A stretch of DNA of 47,822 nt from Candidatus Dormibacteraceae bacterium (GTDB lineage Bacteria; Chloroflexota; Dormibacteria; Dormibacterales; Dormibacteraceae), in assembly GCA_041476405.1 (NCBI GenBank), contig JBGOTG010000001.1:1-47822 (forward strand), in the 5' to 3' direction. Below are positions 43,635 through 47,822 of the stretch, in pieces (positions within the stretch are counted from its first letter, which is position 1; each line of letters begins with the position of its first letter). A program made the position numbers and the translations under genes. The notes beneath the pieces are model-generated. The model was not told where the DNA came from. It saw only the letters and a program-made list of their open reading frames with translations, and searched no databases.

Positions 43635-45280
43635 TGCGCCGCCTTCGCCCCGTTGGCCACCCGTGCGCCGCTGCGCTTCAGCTTTCGGTCGCTCAGGATC
43701 TGCTTCACGGCCAGGTAGGCCGGGACCCCACAGACGCCTCCCCCGGCGTGGCACGCGGAGCTCGCCTGGTACAGGCCGTGAACCGGCGTACGGAAGTCCG
43801 CGTAGCCGGGGGCCGGCCGCATGTGGAACAGCTGGTCGACCGAGAGCTCGCCGTGGAAGATGTTGCCGCCGATGAGGCCGAGCTCCTGCTCCATGTCGTA
43901 GGGGCCGATGACCTGGCGGTGCAGGATCGAGCCCTTGAGGTTCGGCGCCAGCTCCGTGTACCCGTCGATGACGCGGTCGGCGTAAGCCTCCAGCTCCTCG
44001 CGGTAGGGAGCTTCGCTCCACTCGTGGGGCACCCACTGGGTGAACATCGAGAAGATGTGCTTGCCCTCCGGCGCCAGGGTCTTGTCAAAGACCGTGGGGA
44101 TCACGCCGTCGACGAACGGCCGCGTGGCCGGAACCCCGGATCGCGCCTCCTGGAAGGCGGTCTCCGCATAGTCGGTCGACAGGCACAGCTCGACCGAACC
44201 CGTGTGGTGCTCCTGCATGTTCGTGCCGGGGATCGAGGTGAAGTTGGGCAGCTCCGCCAGGGCGAGGTTGATCTTGACCACGCCGCTGCGGCACTTCCAG
44301 TTCTCGATGTCGCGGACGAACTCCGGGGGCAGCTCCTTGCGGTCGATCTGCTGGAGGAACGTGATCTTCGGATGGACCGCTGTGATCACGACAGGAGCGC
44401 GGAGCTCCTCGCCGTCGTCCAGGACCACGCCTTCGGCCTCTCCGTTGCGGATGAGGATGCGCTGAACCCTGGCCTTGGTTCGCACGGTGGCCCCGAGCTC
44501 TTCGGCCGAGCGCCGGCAAGCGTCGGCGACTGCGCCCATTCCGCCTTCCGCAAAGCCCCAGCTGCCGAGGTGGCCGTCACCCACGTCGCCGATCGAGTGG
44601 TGCGCCATGACGTAGGCAGTGCCGGGCCCGTCGGGACCTGCCCAGGTCCCGATGATTCCGTTGACAGCCAGGCTCGCCTTGACCTCTTCCGATTCGAACC
44701 AGTCGCCGAGCAGGTCGGTGATGCTCTGGGTCATGAGCCGCGTCAGGTCGCCGACCTTTCGCGGGCCCAGCCCGCGAAGCTTCCAGCCAAGCTGCGCCTG
44801 GGCGATGAGGTCGGCCGGCTTCATCGAACCCAGCTTCGGCGGAACCGTCATGAGAAGCGGGCCCATCACCTTCGCGAGGTCGCCGAGCCAGTCGTCCCAT
44901 CGAGGCATCGCCTCGGCGTCCTTCTTGGAGAACTGGGCCACCTGGTCGTAGTTGCGCTTGGCGTCGTCCGCGAAGAGCATCAGCGACCGGCCGTCGGGCC
45001 ACGCCTGGAAATAGGGGCCCATCGGAAAGACCTTGTACCCATGGCGTTTCAGGTCGAGGTCGCGGATGATCGTGTCGGGCATGAGGCTCATCACGTACGA
45101 ATAGGTGGTGACCTTGAACTCGGGCGCGTCCGGCCATGGGGAGTCGGTGGCCGCCGCGCCGCCCGTCTTGTGCCGCGCCTCCAGGACGACCGCCCGGGCG
45201 CCGGCCTTGGCCAGATAGGCTCCCGCGACCAGCCCGTTGTGCCCGCCGCCGATCACTATCGCGTCGTAGACGTTGACCAT
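43631..45280 (-). CDS. CrtI/phytoene-desaturase-like FAD/NAD(P)-binding oxidoreductase (COG1233-like)
   Basis: An internal ATG at 45280 has a GGAGG SD 5 nt upstream. The dinucleotide motif is YDAIVIGGGHNGLVAGAYLAKAG. The C-terminal motif is GLYQASSACHAGGGVCGVPA. It is 549 aa. Confidence 0.8.
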   Translation of the reverse strand: MVNVYDAIVIGGGHNGLVAGAYLAKAGARAVVLEARHKTGGAAATDSPWPDAPEFKVTTYSYVMSLMPDTIIRDLDLKRHGYKVFPMGPYFQAWPDGRSLMLFADDAKRNYDQVAQFSKKDAEAMPRWDDWLGDLAKVMGPLLMTVPPKLGSMKPADLIAQAQLGWKLRGLGPRKVGDLTRLMTQSITDLLGDWFESEEVKASLAVNGIIGTWAGPDGPGTAYVMAHHSIGDVGDGHLGSWGFAEGGMGAVADACRRSAEELGATVRTKARVQRILIRNGEAEGVVLDDGEELRAPVVITAVHPKITFLQQIDRKELPPEFVRDIENWKCRSGVVKINLALAELPNFTSIPGTNMQEHHTGSVELCLSTDYAETAFQEARSGVPATRPFVDGVIPTVFDKTLAPEGKHIFSMFTQWVPHEWSEAPYREELEAYADRVIDGYTELAPNLKGSILHRQVIGPYDMEQELGLIGGNIFHGELSVDQLFHMRPAPGYADFRTPVHGLYQASSACHAGGGVCGVPAYLAVKQILSDRKLKRSGARVANGAKAAQ

Positions 45281-45380
45281 TCGACCTCCACTGGTGACGG
45301 CTGGCGTTGGGGCGCTTCGAAACTCTAGTCCGGTCGCCCTCGAAGCCGCAAGGGCCCGTGAAGCTCCCCCGTGCGGTTGA

Positions 45381-45409
45381 TTGACAAGGGCCCTGAGGAA
45401 GACTAGCTT
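45381..45409 (+). promoter_or_regulatory. candidate promoter of the second ABC importer operon
   Basis: TTGACA (45381-45386), a 17-nt spacer and TAGCTT (45404-45409) lie about 60 nt upstream of ATG 45471. It is flanked by two copies of CAAGGGCCC (45349-45357 and 45385-45393). Confidence 0.3.
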
Positions 45410-45470
45410 GGCGCCGACACAGGTGATTCGGGCAGCCGCCGCGGCGGCGCAGCGAGGGGAGGCGAAACGC

Positions 45471-46613
45471 ATGGCGTCGGAAATCTGGAAGGCGGACTTC
45501 AACAGGCGCGAGTTCTTGCGCGGGGGTGCGGCGCTTGGGCTCGGAGGCACCGCCCTCTGGCTGGCAGCGGCTTGTGGCGGCGGGACGGCCGGGGCCGGAA
45601 GCACACCGACCCCAATCAACTATCCGAAGGCCGTGATCGACGGCGACCTCGAGTACTTCAACTGGTCCGAATATCTCGACCCCGACACGATCAAGGGCTT
45701 CGAGAAGCAGTACGGCGTGAAGGTGCACCAGACCAACTTCGACAACATGCAGGGCATGATGGCGAAGATCAACGCGGGTGTCCCATACGACGTCACGTTC
45801 CCGACGATGGACTTCGTCGATCAGCTCGTGAAGGCCAACGTCCTGCTGCCGATCGACCACACCCAGCTCGTCAACTGGGGCGAGGTTCCGTCGTATTTCA
45901 ACGACCCCTGGTACGACCCCAAGGCTCTCTATTCGGTGCCCTACGCGCTGTGGACGACAGGCATCTGCTGGCGCACCGACAAGGTCCAGGGCCTGACCGG
46001 CTCGTGGAGCGATTTCTGGACGCTGGCCCCCAACTACAACGGCAAGATCTTCTTGCTTGACGATTTCCAGGAGACGCTCGGCATGAGCCTGCTCCGGAAC
46101 AAGAAGGACATCAACTCAGGCAGCCGGAGCGACCTCGACAGCGCGGTGGCCGAGATCCTCAAGATCAAGAGCAACCTCCGCGGGTTCTCGACCGACGACA
46201 TCACGAACCTGGTGAGCGGCTCCGCCTGGGTGCACCACGCCTGGTCGGGCGACGTCTACCAGGTCATCAACCAGGTCAACAACCCTGAAGTTTTCAAGTA
46301 CGAAGTCGCCAGCGAGGGGGTTCCGACCGGCAACGACACGTTCGTCATTCCCAAGAACGCGCAGCATCCCGGGACGGCCCTGAAGTTCATCGACTGGATG
46401 CTCGCCCCGGAGCACGCCACCGCCAACGTCAACTACTTCGGCTATCCGCAGGTGACGACGACCGGCATCGCCGCGTATCAGAAGCTGGTCGCCCAGTACC
46501 CGTTCCTGAGCCTGACCCTCGACCAGGCGATCCACGGACTTCGTGAGATCGTGCCCACCGGCGCGAAGTTGCAGCTGTGGGACTCTGAGTGGACGAAGGT
46601 GAAGGCAGGCTGA
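45471..46613 (+). CDS. PotD/PotF-family substrate-binding lipoprotein (second system)
   Basis: ATG 45471 follows a GGGGAGG SD. The signal is Tat-like (RREFLRGGAALG) with a lipobox (LAAAC). The mature region is collinear with the PotD-like protein at 9992..11266 (for example WSGD.YQ and FVIPK motifs). Confidence 0.8.
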   Translation: MASEIWKADFNRREFLRGGAALGLGGTALWLAAACGGGTAGAGSTPTPINYPKAVIDGDLEYFNWSEYLDPDTIKGFEKQYGVKVHQTNFDNMQGMMAKINAGVPYDVTFPTMDFVDQLVKANVLLPIDHTQLVNWGEVPSYFNDPWYDPKALYSVPYALWTTGICWRTDKVQGLTGSWSDFWTLAPNYNGKIFLLDDFQETLGMSLLRNKKDINSGSRSDLDSAVAEILKIKSNLRGFSTDDITNLVSGSAWVHHAWSGDVYQVINQVNNPEVFKYEVASEGVPTGNDTFVIPKNAQHPGTALKFIDWMLAPEHATANVNYFGYPQVTTTGIAAYQKLVAQYPFLSLTLDQAIHGLREIVPTGAKLQLWDSEWTKVKAG

Positions 46614-46638
46614 TTCCGGCCGCGGCCTGGGGGGACTG

Positions 46639-47490
46639 GTGACCGCCAACCGGCTCTGGCGTCTGCTGCTGGCGCCGGGCGCGCTCTGGCTGCTCGTCCT
46701 TTTCGTGGCGCCGTTCGGTGTGGTCATCGCCGTGTCACTCGGGACGACCGACATCCTGGGGAGGCCCGTTTTCGGGTGGTATCCCGAGAACTACCAGCAG
46801 GTCTTCGACCCGCTCTTCGTACCGGTGATCGTCAGGTCGGCGGCGTTTGCGGTCGCCACGACTGTGCTCTGCCTGGTCATCGGGTATCCGGTCGCCTACA
46901 TGATCGCCAGGTACGGCGGTCGGTTCCGAAACCTCCTGATCGTGCTCATCATCCTGCCCTGGTTCGCCGACTACCTGGTGCGCATCTACGCGTGGGTCGT
47001 CATCCTGGGCGATGAGGGCGTCGTCAACGGCCTTCTCCAGGCGCTCGGGTTCCACGGGAGCCCGCCTGTCATCTTCCTCAACACCCCGTTCGCGGTGGTC
47101 GGCGGCCTCGTCTACGACTACCTGCCTTTCATGATCCTGCCCATCTATGCGGCTCTCGAACGGATGAACCCCTCTCTTATCGAGGCAGGTAAGGACCTGT
47201 ACGGCACGCCTCTACAAACGTTCTTGCACGTCACATGGCCGGCCACCATTCAGGGCGTCGTCGCCGGCGCGGTCCTGGTCGGCCTGCCGGCGGTCGGGGA
47301 CTTCGCCACCGCGCAGATCCTGGGCGGTCCGAACACCTACATGGTCGGCAACCTCATCCAGGAGCAGTTCACGGGCGGCGGCTACTGGCCGTTTGGAGCC
47401 GCTCTCTCGATCGTGCTGATGGTCTTGCTCTCCTTTCTGATGATCTTCTATCTGCGCTCCGCGTCGCGCCCGACAGAGGCGATGTCGTGA
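46639..47490 (+). CDS. ABC transporter permease (PotB-like, second system)
   Basis: 283 aa and polytopic. The EAA loop is LIEAGKDLYGTPLQTFLHVTWP. It is collinear with 11306..12199. Confidence 0.8.
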   Translation: MTANRLWRLLLAPGALWLLVLFVAPFGVVIAVSLGTTDILGRPVFGWYPENYQQVFDPLFVPVIVRSAAFAVATTVLCLVIGYPVAYMIARYGGRFRNLLIVLIILPWFADYLVRIYAWVVILGDEGVVNGLLQALGFHGSPPVIFLNTPFAVVGGLVYDYLPFMILPIYAALERMNPSLIEAGKDLYGTPLQTFLHVTWPATIQGVVAGAVLVGLPAVGDFATAQILGGPNTYMVGNLIQEQFTGGGYWPFGAALSIVLMVLLSFLMIFYLRSASRPTEAMS

Positions 47491-47822
47491 GCGAGCGTCC
47501 AGCCATCGCGCGCGCCGGCGCCGCAGTCCTCGAGCGTGACCGCGTTCGCACGCGCGACACTCAATCCTCGGCCACCGCAGGACGCCGGCGGCCTAAGCCG
47601 CGCGCGTTCGACCAGCCCCGGTTCCTGGTGTTTTTCACGGCGCTTGTCTTCGTCTACCTGTTCGCGCCGATCGTCGTCGTCGTGGTCTTCAGCTTCAACA
47701 ATCTGAACGGTGTCCTCCACCCGTTCAACTACACGTGGCGGGGCTTCACGTTCTCGAACTGGGCGCACCCGTTCGGCAAGTTCCCGGAGCTGTGGCAGGC
47801 GATGGTGCAAAGCTTGAAGATC
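47487..47822 (+). CDS. ABC transporter permease (PotC-like, second system), 3' end outside the window
   Basis: My own translation starts at GTG 47487, which overlaps the previous stop as GTGA. It gives ...FLVFFTALVFVYLFAPIVVVVVFSFNNLNGVLHPFNYTWRGFTFSNW, collinear with the N-terminus of 12202..13077. It is open to the window end and is not in the ORF track. Confidence 0.7.
   Translation, partial: MSERPAIARAGAAVLERDRVRTRDTQSSATAGRRRPKPRAFDQPRFLVFFTALVFVYLFAPIVVVVVFSFNNLNGVLHPFNYTWRGFTFSNWAHPFGKFPELWQAMVQSLKI

Noticed and set aside
43631-45280. Phytoene-desaturase-like gene taken as a carotenoid biosynthesis gene (crtI).
   Set aside because: No crtB, crtE or crtY genes are nearby. The gene is translationally coupled to a Rieske oxygenase in an amine-catabolism-like context. 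I therefore call it only a CrtI-family flavoprotein.
43634-45328. 564-aa plus-strand ORF opposite the CrtI-like flavoprotein gene.
   Set aside because: Shadow ORF. The minus-strand product has a clean GxGxxG dinucleotide-binding N-terminus and a GGAGG SD, and this one has neither.

Overview
This is a high-GC bacterial chromosomal window, about two-thirds G+C by eye. Gene content looks Actinomycetota/Chloroflexota-like: an F420-type LLM oxidoreductase, a DUF222-HNH gene, a long-form LeuA, and many ATGA/GTGA/TGATG start-stop overlaps. I can support about 50 protein-coding genes packed almost end to end. I found no rRNA, tRNA or CRISPR array. There is one selfish-looking HNH gene with an adjacent ~60-bp tandem repeat. 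Left to right the window holds: (1) a partial metallophosphoesterase and a nucleotidyltransferase-like gene; (2) a head-to-head five-gene ATP-grasp/alpha-E/transglutaminase module at 1.3-6.2 kb; (3) an ACT-domain protein divergent from citramalate synthase cimA, which is preceded by an Ile-rich leader ORF and a mutually exclusive antiterminator/terminator pair; (4) a potA-potD-potB-potC-agmatinase operon; (5) an F420 LLM oxidoreductase overlapped by a membrane HD-GYP protein; (6) a PiT/DUF47 phosphate uptake pair; (7) a ring-cleaving dioxygenase and two membrane proteins, one a K-channel-like protein with an SYGE filter; (8) a phosphate/lipid-phosphate island with a PLD, a DUF1206-PAP2-ppk1-DAGK-like kinase-PAP2 operon, a third PAP2 and a LapA-like gene; (9) pheA and a plant-type class II ilvC; (10) the DUF222-HNH gene; (11) a TPP enzyme and leuA behind a Leu-leader attenuator-like region; (12) a VOC protein, a YiiX-like hydrolase, a beta-carbonic anhydrase and a NUDIX hydrolase; (13) a CrtI-like flavoprotein/Rieske oxygenase/cupin/2x GcvT operon divergent from a second PotD-type ABC importer. 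The best candidates for undescribed biology are the ppk1-embedded lipid kinase/phosphatase operon, the expanded ATP-grasp/alpha-E/transglutaminase module, and the reductase-less Rieske/flavoprotein/GcvT operon. All family calls come from motif recognition by eye, not from database searches, and start codons are often uncertain by a few codons.
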